Of a DNA stretch of 64,000 nucleotides, positions 1 through 11,790 are shown piece by piece. The position numbers were made by a program, and so were the translations under genes. The stretch's first letter is position 1. Every line of letters begins with the position of its first letter. This DNA comes from Phyllobates terribilis. Its lineage: Eukaryota. The stretch spans positions 816,540,001-816,604,000 of the forward strand of contig NW_027362762.1 of assembly GCF_046119375.1 (NCBI RefSeq), read 5' to 3'. The notes below the pieces were generated by a model. It saw only the letters and a program-made list of their open reading frames with translations. It was not told the origin of the DNA and did not search any database.

Positions 1-1850
1 GTTCATCTTGCCTAACCTGTAAGTCCATCAGGGCAGAATTAAGTGTAGATTGATAGATTTAATTTAGCCGTGACCTCAGCTGCCAGTTCCGATGGGTCCA
101 TTTGTGTGTCCCTTTTCCTTACATAAGAGGTGCGGGGTAGTCTAAGGGTGTGGCATGCCTCCTCGTCACCATCTACTTGGTAGAGTTGTTTCTCTTGATC
201 AAGAATTGAGGCCATCTTTCTATAATTAGAAATGTCAATATGGCGAGAAGAGGTGGGCTACGAAGGAGGTAGCGGTCCAAAAACACAAAAGTTGGTATTT
301 AAAGAGCCTTCAACTAGGTGATGACAACAAAGACCTTGAGGGTTCTGAATGTGGGGATCAGATGGTTAAATGGGAAACCATAGGGGAGAACATAAGCAGT
401 TAATTAGAATTCACATGGTTGGTGCCTGAACCAGGAAGACTTACAGAGTCATAGTTTGCAGGTTGTTCTTATCTCATGGTCATCAGAGTAAACTGCCTAT
501 TGTCTATTTATAGATTCTATGCCACACCGTGTCTGGGTATTAGAAGGGAGCAGTAATAAATCATGGATGCAGTACCGGGTTAAGACTGGTTATGGTGTTA
601 TTTTGCATATATCCACAAGATGCCGCCAGAGATTCTGTGATGGTGATATTAGAGAGCTTCTGTAAGTTAGAAAATGGAGAAAAGGAGCCCACTGCAGAAT
701 TTTCATGTGCACAGGCTTTTTTCCCCCACCTATAGAGCAGTATCTATGTGTCTATAGAGGTTTTATAGTGGAAGGGTGATGCAACATATAGGACCCGGTT
801 CTATTGGATTGCCCATTGTGGATTTATTGTGGCCTCTGTCAGAGTCTGTGCTGCTAATAACCAGCTTCTCCTCGGGTCTCAGTCTCCCCAAGATGGCAGG
901 CGCTTCTGTGGCGGGAAACCCCCTCAGGCGGCAGATGTGACTCAGAGGGCAAGCCTCCGTGACCGCCAGCAGCTCCGGTGTCCTCTACTTTATGTGGGCA
1001 CCTCAGGTGAATGCGGGAGAACTGCCAGCACGGGCCCCCGTATGAGCGTGACTCTGCGGCATGGGGATGGGCGTCAGGGTCTTCCCCTACCTCCGCTCCG
1101 GATCTTACCGGACAGCGACTCAGCAGTCGCAGCGCTTCTCTCCGGTCACCGTCTCTTGTCCTTTGCGGCAGGAGGGAGCCGAGCCCCAAGCGATCCTCCG
1201 CGTAACCACCCCAGTCAGGACCGCCGGCACCCTCCTGGGTGCGCTCAAACTACCCAGCAGGAAAGACCACAGCTACAGGGATCCAGGTATGCCTGACCTC
1301 AGAAATCGGTACCTCTGCTCTTGGAGGCTCTCCGCGGGATACCTTCCAATCCTGGGTTGTCACCTGAGATGTTAGAACGGTGGATGGACCCGAGAAACTT
1401 GTTTTAATTGCTGAAATTTAGAGTTAGACTCAGGGAGCTTCCAGCTTGATGTCCTTCTCCTTCAGCAGCTAGACACCTAACCCTTTTTTAATATCTTTTA
1501 TATTCTCAAGAATTAATGCATTTTTACTTTTACACTTTACAGCTCGTTGTCTAGTTTACCTGCCACCGGGGTAACAGTCAAACAGCCTGAGATCAGACCG
1601 CAGTGCACGGACTGGCCAGCGATTGCCCGACCTAAGCATGACAGCTTTATGTATTTGTATGAAGCTGTCACGTTCGGATCAGGAGAACCTCCAGCCAGTC
1701 TGTGCACTGCGTTACGATCTCTGTTCCATTTATACGGCCGTCTGACGGCGCCCTAAGAGTGACCAATTACTTAGGTAAGGAGTGCGAGCCTGCAAGGAGG
1801 CTGTATACTTTAAGGCCTGCTCGCACCGCTCTAAAGCTGGTTGGATCTGG
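1..1850 (-). mobile_element. Probable L1-type LINE 5' region (5' UTR plus decayed start of ORF1), truncated by window edge
   Basis: Minus-strand translation near 100-1 gives MDPSELAAEVTAKL..(frameshift)..QSTLNSALMDLQVRQDE, resembling the coiled-coil start of amphibian L1 ORF1. A GC-rich segment lies upstream (830-1400). Recognition by eye only. Confidence 0.35.
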
Positions 1851-1923
1851 ACGGTTTTGAACCAAACAGGGGCTCTTAATTATATTTTTTTTCTTTTTGC
1901 TTTACAATTCAGACAATTGAAAG

Positions 1924-2137
1924 ACATTATCGGCACTGCCCATTGGGGCTCACAATCTACATTACATTCCCTATCAGTATGTCTTTGGAGTGTGGGAGGA
2001 AACCCGAGAACCTGGAGGAAGACAACGCAAAAACGAGGAGAACATACAAACTCCTTGCAGATGTTGTCCTTGGTGGGATTTGAATCCTGGACCTCAGCGC
2101 TGCAAGGCTGCAGTGCTAACCACTGAGCCACCATGCT
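1924..2137 (-). mobile_element. tRNA-derived V-SINE-type element
   Basis: Reverse complement reads TGGCTCAGTGGTTAGCACTGCAGCC (A box) ... GGATTCAAATCC (B box), then the V-domain-like core TTCTCC..GGTTTCCTCCCACA. Same family as 9365-9620. Confidence 0.8.
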
Positions 2138-2377
2138 GTAATGAGAAAGTGCAAAAAACGTTGGAAAAAAAACACAACCCTGCACATTTGTTGCATTTTT
2201 GGTGAATAAAAATAATTTTATTGAACATGTACTGTAGACAAATGACACATGTAACCAAATAAAGTAGCAAAAAGACTCCAAACCTTGCTTTTTATCAGCA
2301 GCTTCTTTTCTTCCAAGAGAGGCAGAAATGAGGCTGAAATTTCTGCTGTAAATACTTAACGTGTGCACACAACCTAA

Positions 2378-2598
2378 GGCCGGGGTCACACAAGCGTATA
2401 ACATGGCCGAGTGCTATGTGATAAAACATCTCATAACATTCGGCCCGAGAATCTGTTTGTACTTTACCATACAAGTCTATGGGTGTGTGCAAAACATCAA
2501 TGTCACCGTCTCCTCCTTACGTGTGCTGGGATTCTCTTATGCAAGAGGATCGGAGCACAGAGCAATGACGAATACAATATGCTAGTGTGACCCCGTCC
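2378..2598. mobile_element. T2/Kolobok-like MITE
   Basis: Terminal inverted repeats GGCCGGGGTCACAC / GTGTGACCCCGTCC, non-coding. Confidence 0.5.
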
Positions 2599-4133
2599 TA
2601 CGTCTCCTGCTCCTGATGTTTTATACAGCAGGTAAGGGAGCAATCTGCAAATTGTCCTAAGGCCATGTACTATTCAGTTGTGGCATGCTGGTTCTCAGCT
2701 CTGGTACACTGCTGATCGGGGCCTGCATCAGTACCTGGGCAAGTGCCGGGGCCCTGGACCATGACAGGGGCCTGCTCGTCGTCGGGGCCTGGGTCGCTTC
2801 CCTGCATCTGTGCAGGACCACTGGCGCTGCTTGAGTGCCGGCACTTCACCAGACATAGCGGCACGCAGTGCGCTGTGCGTCTGTGTCTGGTGGTAATGTG
2901 GGGGGTGCTGGTTCTCAGCTCTGGTACACTGCTGATGACGTCAGTAATCCCTGTTTATAGATGCTGGCAGTGCGCTCTGCCAGAACACTGTACTGCTCTG
3001 CCAGTAAGGTATGGGAGATCCTGTACGGAGCTGTAGTCTATGAAGCTCACTGTAAGCTGCTGCCTTCTGCTGATCTCACATCATTGTGCATTAACCTTAC
3101 TGTATATACTGCCCTCTTCTGGTCATTATGGGGCTTAGTATCACAAGTGTTATATATGCCTATTCTGTAGATATTTGTGTGTGGGTGCTTTTGCTTATTT
3201 CTGGCTACATATTCTGGTTCTATAAATCTATATTTTATACCCTCTGTTGTGTTTTTATCAACATTGCAAAAGTTTACTCCACTAAATCTCTTCTTTGTCT
3301 AACTCAGAAGGTTTTGATGTACTTTACAGTCATTTGCAAATTATTTTAACAATATTTTCTACAATAATCCCCCACTGCAGCACACCGGAGGATGTAACCC
3401 CTAACTAATAGGGACAGGAAACACAAAGAGGTCAAATAGTCCCTCCCAAATCCTCCCTCCAGTGTTTTTTTTTCCTATCCCTATTGGGATGAAGAGATCA
3501 TCTTATGGTGCTCTGTGCTGGTGGCAAGCACTGGAGAAGATTATAAGCCGGGCAGCAGGGTATCGATTGGGCTTACCTTTCCTCTCCAGACGCTGCTCCT
3601 GTCTTCTATGTGGACTCAGGACTTCCTCTCCAATCCGCGCCTTCGGATAAAGTCTGGGGGTTCTTTGAGCTGGAGGCCTCCCTGAGCTCTCCAGCCTATC
3701 TCTTCCCCTGTCCTCTCGCGCCAGACCTGGGAAGCCTGGAACGCCGGGCTCTGATACTTCCGGCTTGTCCCGTGCTGGAGCGCATGTGATGCAGGCCGTT
3801 CACCAGATGTGAAGTCAGACGCCGGACGTCTTATGATGATCTCACTTTCGGTTTTTGTGTCCCACGCTGGAACGCAATGGCGCAGAATACCGAGGAAAGG
3901 ATAATGGCAGCGTGAATGACCGCATGTGATGGCTGGATTCCCTGCTGTCACACCTAGATGAGGAGTCCCTCTAATGATAAGGAAGGTGCTGGGTCCTTTC
4001 ACCCATATAAGAGCCCTGGATAGAAAACATCCTAAGGTTGGACCAATCCTGTGTGGTTAACATGGAAGGTTTAGGTCCTTCCTGCTCCGCATCTGCGCTG
4101 TTCTAGTCCCAGTAAGTAGTCTGGCATTGGGAG

Positions 4134-5104
4134 GAGGGCCGGCTCCAGGTTTTTCTGGGCCCCGGGGCGAAAGAGTCTCAGTGGCCCCTTTTAACACATA
4201 CCACGATTCATGATGCACAGATACGGCGGAGAAATATATATATAGTACACAGGGCCCAGCCTGCCACCTTCATCCTTCACATATGCAGACATGCGCACGC
4301 ACACACGATACGCAGACACGCGCACGCACACACGGTACGCAGACACATGCACGCACACACGGTACACAGACACATGCACTCACACACGGTACACAGACAT
4401 ATGCACGCACACACTGTACACAGACATATGCACGCACACACGGTACACAGATATGTACACATACAGACATACACATATTTTTACACAAATTCTTAAAGAC
4501 ATATATAAAACAGACAAATATATATACACAGTCATACACACTGACATTCACATACATGCACTCACACAGACCCATTACAAATATTTTTAATATGGGGATT
4601 GGGGACGCCTCACTCACCTGTCCCCGGTCCAGTGTCCTGTCCAGCCGCTCCTCAGGTATGGGGCAGTGCAGGGCCCCCGGCGTGTCACAGACATCATGGC
4701 CGTGGACCATCAGAGGGGCCCACTTGCGGTCGGGTCCGGGTCCAGGCCGCTCCCCCCCATCTGTGCAGGACCTCCGACGGTGTTTGATTGCCGGCACTCC
4801 CCCCAGACACGGCCGCGCGCTGTGCGGCTGTGTCTGCTAGTAATGACGCGGCAGGGGCGACACACAAGCACAATTAAAGGTGCAGTGCCGTCGACCCTGC
4901 CGCGTCATTACTAGCAGACACAGTCGCACAGCGCGCGGCCGTGTCTGGGGGGAGTGCCGGCAATCAAGCAGCGCCTGCGTCACTGAACAGGTGCCGAAGA
5001 AGCGGCCAGGGTGACAGTGAGTGGGCAGGTGGGCGGGTGGGCCCCTCTGATTTTCCAGGGCCCCGACACTTGCCCGGGTACGCCAGGTGCTGATGCCGGC
5101 CCTG
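4134..5104. mobile_element. Non-autonomous hAT-type element
   Basis: Termini (G)AGGGCCGGC / GCCGGCCCTG and a perfect 8-bp TSD ATTGGGAG (4126-4133, 5105-5112). Left end matches 41098-42418. Confidence 0.9.
4283..4560. repeat. About 24-bp CA-rich minisatellite
   Basis: Tandem ACACACGGTACACAGACATATGCAC-like units inside the hAT element. Source of spurious ORFs. Confidence 0.85.
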
Positions 5105-5170
5105 ATTGGGAGTACTCTCCATGGTTCAGCTATGGTGTATGATAGTTTTATTCCTTTTCCCTCTCTTTCA

Positions 5171-6400
5171 GGAGGACAAGGAACCTGCACCAAGAAGCAA
5201 TTCTAAGGTATCAAGCTGCAAATGTGCAATTTGTGCGAAAAAGTTGACATCCACCCATAGGAAGGAAATCCCTATGTCAGGATTGCACTGAGAAAATCCT
5301 CAGAGGAGCAACCTTCCTTAATGGAGGAAATTAAAGGGATAGTCTTCCCTGGCTTCTTTGTCCCAGTCTACACCCACTCCCAATATACCTTTGGCAGCTA
5401 AAGAGGAAGATTAGCCAGGAAGAAGGGGCAGACTTGGACTCTCCAGAGTAAATGTCCATACCGGAGGAACTTCTAGAGGAAGGCGAAGTAAGCCCAGGCC
5501 CAGAAGCTCTCCAAGATAGGAAATACTATTTCACTTCCGAAAACATGGAAGAGCTCCTTATGTCAGTAAGGAGAGCCATGGCGGTAGAAGAGGAGAAGAC
5601 TACCCGTACGGTACAAGAAGAGATATTCGGGGGTCTCTGGTCAAGAAGCAAATTGGTATTTCCCATGCATAAGAATATCCGAGACCTTGTCTTGGAGGAA
5701 TGGGATTCTCCGGAGAAGAGGCTAAGCACTCCCGCCGAACTGAGATACAGGTTTCCAGTGGATGAGAAAACTGCGGAATGCTGGTCCAAGGTACTGAAAA
5801 TAGATATTCAGTTTGCATGAGTGGCCAAGAAGACAACCTTGCCATTTGAGGATTCCTCCCAACTGAAGGATCCCCTGAAGCGCAAAATAGATAGACTTTT
5901 AAGAAAATCCTGGGAAACTTCAGCAGCACTGCTGAACACCAATGCCTTCTCCACATGTGTAGTACGATCAATGTCTCATTGGCTTATAGAACTAGAACAT
6001 TTTTCTGCGGTTAGTCCGAGAAGACATTCTAGCGTCTTTACCTCTCCTCCAAAAAGCCAAAGAATTTCTGTCAGATGTATTGGCGGTAAGAGTGGCGGCA
6101 AGATCGTCAGTCTTATCGAATTCAGTAAGACTCTGACTTCAAAAATAAAGTTGTTCTATTCTCTTTAAGGGAAAATACATGTTCTGACCAGCTCTTGACG
6201 ACTAACTACAGAAGGCTTCAGACAAGAAGAAATCCCTGCCTGAACCTAAAAGCTCTAGAAAGAGATCCTTTCGGCCTTCCCAAGAAACTGCCTCCTCAAT
6301 AAAGAGGAAAAGGAAAGTCAGGCAGATGGATCTATCCAAAAGGTGGACGAGACAGAAAGTTATTTCTCTACCAAGGCCAACGTCAAATTAAGCCATGACG
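5171..6400 (+). pseudogene. DIRS1 gag-like ORF, with stops and frameshifts
   Basis: Follows acceptor TTTTCCTCTCTTTCAG at 5170. Includes a CAIC Cys motif and ORF pieces 5452-5820 and 5821-6168 separated by an in-frame TGA. Confidence 0.65.
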
Positions 6401-6446
6401 CCAAGACAAACATAGGGAGTCGTATCTCAGGATTCCTTCCCCAGCG

Positions 6447-6822
6447 GTGCAGGTTATATACGAACTCATGGACCCTAAAATCAGTCCAAGAAGGATTAAA
6501 AATAGAGTTTGCCTCCTATCCCCCACAGAGTGTGAAAATAACACAACTCTCCTCTCCAAAACTTCAAGGCACCCTAATATCCAGTCTGAAAAACCTACTA
6601 TCCTTGGGGGTATTCTCCCTAGTTCCGGAAAGGGAAAAAACAGGGGACATTATTTCTGTCTTTTTCTGATAAAGAAACCAAGTGGGCCCCACCGAATTAT
6701 AATAAACCTGAAACCCTTGAACCAGCACATTATATACAGGAGGTTCAAAATGGAGTCTATTAGATCAACAGTTCCTCTGATAGGACAAACGTTCACCAGG
6801 GCTACGATTGATATACAAGACG
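6447..6822 (+). pseudogene. DIRS1 reverse transcriptase, N-terminal part
   Basis: FLIKKPSGPHRIIINLKPLNQHIIYRRFKMES...ATIDIQDA. Rejoins 13619 onwards as IDIQDA|YYHIPIH. Confidence 0.9.
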
Positions 6823-6900
6823 CAGTAGCGTAGCTACTGGGGGGCAGAGGGTATGGCCGCCCCGGGCCCTGTGCTCAGGGGAGGCCCACCACGGGGCAAC

Positions 6901-8161
6901 TGTAGCGCCCCGAGGGTTTGGTTGCTACAGGGGTATTGCACCTCAACCAGAGGTGTGATATTCTACTCCTGGGTAAGGATGGAGTGTGGACCAGGGCTCA
7001 GTTATCTGCATACACACACTCACCCCATTTCCGGGGACAGCTTGACGGTGCTCCCATTTATGCAGGCACAACTGACCATGTCCCTGGCTGGAGTGGGGAG
7101 GGGGGAGAGATCCCAGTGATGTAGGAGCATAAGGGGACGGTTTCTGGGAGCATAGGAAGGAGCTCATTGGGTGCAGGTCACCTGAGCTCAGACACAGAGA
7201 AACAGATAAAAGGTGGGAGCCATCTTTAGTCAGTGTTCAGTGCAGTTCAGTGTGGTTCAGAAGAGAGAGAGAGCTGACAGGGAGCTGCGGCTCAGCCTGA
7301 GCTCAGCTCCACGAGGCAGGCCTAGAGAGAAGGCCAGGGCCAGAGAGGAGAAGAGAAGAAGGGGAAGGAAGGAAGGAGAAGAGACAGAGGAGTAGAAAGG
7401 CTCCAGAAACAAGAAGGCAGAATGGACCCTAAGAGAGCAGAACGGACAGCAACCGTTGCAAACCCGCGTTATATTGGGTGAAGGGTCAGGCTGTGGAAGG
7501 GTACCGGATTCCCAAGTTGTGGAGGTAAATCATCCCTCAGCCAAGAACCGGAGGTCGTGATCATTTATTGGTGCGACCCCCCGCCAAACCTGCTAGGAAG
7601 GCGCCATATAGGATAGCGGGAAGCAGAGGCCAACGCTTACCCGACACGGTCCGCGGTAGCTTGACAGAAGTTTGGTCACTGGTGGGGCACGAGAGGCCAG
7701 AGAAAGGACAGAAGGGGGTCCTGTGCCATACTCCTGAATTGCCAGGGGGTTGACCGAGCTCCTCACCTGGTGGACGCAGCACGGCATGGGCAGTCATTGC
7801 TGACAGAAGTGACTTGGATAACAACTGTGAGTAAAAACCCTGGACTGCACCATTGGACTCAGTGTGATTTCTGCTGCGTCGGCACCACCACCCCCAGCAT
7901 CCATATACATGGCCCTGAGGCTACACTCTTCCCGTGGGGAGTTATCCCATCCCTGTGCTGCGCACCAACACAAGCCTCAGCTGTCTGCCTCGCAGCGGCG
8001 GTTATCTCTGACCGCAATCCACGGGTGGAGTAGTCGGACATTCATAAATCTATAAATAGACTGCCACAACATTTGTGTCTGACCCCCCTGAGCCACGGGA
8101 TCGGGTTGCCACTACTACCCCCAGCATCGTACAGAAGCCCCACGGCCCAGGGGGCGAGTCA
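6901..8161 (+). mobile_element. Solo LTR related to the LTRs of the cold-shock-domain element at 52463-57239
   Basis: TGTAGC...GTCA ends and a 4-bp TSD CAAC (6897-6900, 8162-8165). Colinear by eye with the reverse complement of 56045-57239, e.g. GCTACAGGGGTATT.CACCTCAA.CAGAGGTGTG and GGTAAGGATGGAGTGTGGA. Confidence 0.88.
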
Positions 8162-9364
8162 CAACCACCCGGAGCTACGCTACCCTTAACTATATCGGAG
8201 TGCACAGCGCTCCGATATGGTTAAGCCAGGGCTGCACAGCATGTTGCTCACTGCTGGCTCCCTTTTCCCTGTGCTCAGATGTATTCACATCTCTTAGACG
8301 TGAATAAGTCTGAGCAACACTGCAGCGCTGGGAGGAGGGGAGCGCTCATCTCCCCAGCCCGATGTGCAGTGGACCTCATAACTCTGCTGCTGTCAGATCA
8401 CTGAGCCGCAGAACAGCAATGGAGTCAGTGCTTGCATATTTTGGGGCAGTGAGGAAAATTGTGAGAGGGATCAACGTGGGGGTGGGGGAACAATATTGAA
8501 GTGTTGGTACTGTATGTAGAGGAGGGAGCAATGGAGGACAATATGGAGGAGTGGGAGGACCATCTGGAGAAGTGGAGGAAATTATTGAGATGTGGGGCGC
8601 TGTATGGAGAAATGGGTTTTCAATATGAAGAAGTGGGGAGACAGTATGGAGAGTTGGGGGCATGGGGGACAATATGTAGAGATGGGAGCATGAGGGGACA
8701 GCATGGAAAGATGAGAGCTTTGGGGACAATATGGAGAAATGAGGGTGCAGTATGGATTCAGGTACTGACAGTGGATCTGGTAATGGATTCATGTACTGAC
8801 CGTGGTCCTGATCATGTACAAATGTACCAATCCATAACTGATCAGAGGTCATCACCCGGCTGAGGCTGTCACCTTTCTGCCTCTGGGTCCCTACAGTGGC
8901 TTTCAGCCTCCTGCTGCTGTCACCCTGCTGCCAAAGTGAGAAAGGTAAGCACCTTAAAGAGCAGAAGGTTATAGGGACTTTTATTGTATATGAGGGATAT
9001 TAATGGGAAGGCACAGTATCTTGTGGGCAGTATGCAGAGGAGGAAAAGTGTGGTTCTAGTGCTGTATTCATCTATTGATCGTGGTTCTGGCACTGCATTC
9101 ATTTACCTACAGTATAGTGGTTCTGGTGCTACATTCATGTACTGACAGTGGTTCTGTGTATATGGGAGTGTTGGCCCACCATACTGTGTATAGGAAAGCT
9201 GTGGGGCATTATATTGTATATAGGGGAGCTCTGGGCTAATCATACTGTAAATAGGGGAGCTGAGGAGACATCATACTCTGTGTAAGGGAACTATGGGTCC
9301 ACTATACTGTATATAGAGGAGCTGTATATTGGGGGACCCAGTGGATATTATTAAATGTCAAGTA

Positions 9365-9620
9365 GGCAACACGGTGGCTCAGTAGTTAGCACTGCAGCCT
9401 TGCAGCGCTGGGGTCCTAGGTTGAAATCCCACCAAGGACAACATCTGCAAGGAGCTGGAATGTTCTCACAGTGTTTGCGTGGGTTTCCTCCAGGTTCTCC
9501 GGTTTCCTCCCACATTCCTGTTAAGTAATTTAGATTGTGAGCCCCAATGGGGACAGTGCCAATATTGTCTGTGAAGCGCTGTGGAATTAATGGTGCTATA
9601 TAAGTGAGTAAAATAAATAA
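9365..9620 (+). mobile_element. tRNA-derived V-SINE-type element
   Basis: A box TGGCTCAGTAGTT, B box GGTTGAAATCC, V-like core, AAATAAATAA tail. Confidence 0.85.
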
Positions 9621-10229
9621 GTGGGCACTTAAGAAGCATTATTGTTATAGGGGCACCAAAAGGGCAAAATGTGGACACTTTTTTCTAGGGCATTTGCACA
9701 AGAAGCAATTTTAACATCTAAAGGGCACAAAGGAGGCATTATTACTTTGCAAGGGACACAGTGGTGGGCACCAGGGTCGGACTGGGCTGGCGGGGTACTG
9801 GGAATTTCCCGGTGGGGCCCCCCCTGCTGCAGAGGAGAGGGGGAGAAGAGAACAAAAAAAAAAAAACCTGCGGTTTTAAGGGGCACGGGCCCTTAAAAAG
9901 CGCAGGCACAGTGTATGCAGGGACGAGCACACGCGGCGTTCATTACCTGAACCGCCACGGCGCACATCCCAGTGAAGCAGCTGAAGCTGCTCGTCTCCCT
10001 TCGCCGGCCGGCGTATAATGTCATCATCATGCGCCTGCTGTGAAGGAGGCGCACAACTCAGCCGCCGGAGAAGTTGGACACCACATGGGAGCGCAGGACG
10101 GTAAGAGGAATTTGTGTGCGTTTGTGTGTATGAATGCAGAATGGGATGGGGCCCTGGCTGAACACACAAGGGGGGACCCTGGCTGGACACACGAGGGGGG
10201 GGCCCTGGATGGACACACGAGGGGGGGCA

Positions 10230-11060
10230 GGATGGGTATATAGGGGGCAGGCATGACACATGGAGGCCTGGATGGTATATGGGGGGGGGCAGGAGGACAC
10301 ATGGAGGCCAGGATGGATATATGGGGGGGCAGGCTGGACACATGAAGGCCTGGATGGATATATGGGAAGGCAGGCTGGACACATGGGGGCCAGGATGGAT
10401 ATATGGGAGGGGGCAGGCTGGACACATGGAGGCCAGGATGTATATATGGGGGGGCAGGCTGGACACATGAAGGCCAGGATAAATATATGGGAAGGCAGGC
10501 TGGACACATGGGGGCCAGGATGGATATATGGGGGGTAGGCAGGCTGGACACATGGGGGGGGTTAGGACGGAAATATGGGGGGGCAGGCTGGACACATGGG
10601 GGGGCTAGGACGGATATATGGGGGGTTAGGCTGGACACATGGAGGCCAGGGTGGCTATGTAGGGGGGCAGGCTGGACGCATGGAGGCCAGGATGGATATG
10701 TGGGGGGCAGACTCGATACACTTGGGATAGGATAAAAATATGGAGGGGCCACGCTGGACATATGGGGGCCAGAAGAGATATATGGGGGGGTGTCAGGATG
10801 GATATATGAGGGGGCAGGCTGGACTCATGGAGGCCAGGATGAATATGCAGGGGGGCAGGCTGGACACATGGAGGCCAGGATGGATATATGGGGGGGCAGG
10901 CTGGACACATGGAGGCCAGGATGGATATATGGAGGGGCAGCTGGACACATGGAGGCCAGGATGGATATGTGGGAGGGGGCAGACTCAATACACGTGGGCT
11001 AGGATAAATATATGGAGGGGCCACCCTGGACATATGGGGGTTCCAGGCTGGACAAGGGAC
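10230..11060. repeat. G-rich minisatellite, about 35-40 bp unit
   Basis: Tandem GGAGGCCAGGATGGATATATGGGGGGCAGGCTGGACACAT-like units, roughly 20 copies. Confidence 0.9.
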
Positions 11061-11482
11061 TTAATTACTGTTTGAGGGCCAGATTGAGGAACATACTTTT
11101 AGTTTATGGTGGCCAGTGGGGAACATTATTACTTTAGACTCCAATTAGGAACATTACTGCTTCTGTAATATAATTTACAATTTACTTTTTAGGAAATTGT
11201 TTTCCATGGGAGGGGACAAAAAGAGGGCTCCTGTTACTGTGCAGGGTGGCACTATATCGCTTTTTTTCTTCAACTGGTGTAGTGTAGAAGTCGGGGGGAA
11301 AAGTGGGAATGTGCTCTAGAAGATCAGTTAATGATAACTGTGTGTTATTTTCTGCAGAGATGATTCCTGGCTGGAAGAAGTGATGGCCGTCTGTGCATGA
11401 TGAAGAAGAAAAGTGAAGATAAAGGATTTTACCTAGAGACGTCACTGGTGAGTCAGTGTGTTACATGTACACTTACATTACA

Positions 11483-11790
11483 CACGTGGTCAAAATTGTT
11501 GGTGCCCCTCGTTTAATGAAAGAAAAACCCACAATGGTCACAGAAATAACAGAAAAACAGAAAAAAATATTAAGTTAAGAAGAGTACCATCATTTCTGTT
11601 CAGGCCAATTTCATGAGTTTAATTTTTTTTTTAATTCTGTGGAGCAGGGTTTAAAAGCAATGTCTGACTTTCATTTGTTCATTTTCATAGATTTTTTAAT
11701 TTATTACTTTTGTCAGTTTCAAGTTATTTCTGTGACCATTGTGGGTTTTTCTTTCATTAAACGAGGGGTACCAACAATTTTGACCACGTG
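11483..11790. mobile_element. Tc1-derived MITE
   Basis: TIR CACGTGGTCAAAATTGTTGGT.CCCCTCGTTTAATGAAAGAAAAACCCACAATGGTCACAGAAATAAC at both ends. Confidence 0.8.

Noticed and set aside
9365-9440. tRNA gene
   Set aside because: A and B boxes are present but run into a SINE body and tail; no full cloverleaf.
10230-11060. CRISPR-like regular repeats
   Set aside because: Units are contiguous with no unique spacers, no cas genes, and the context is eukaryotic.
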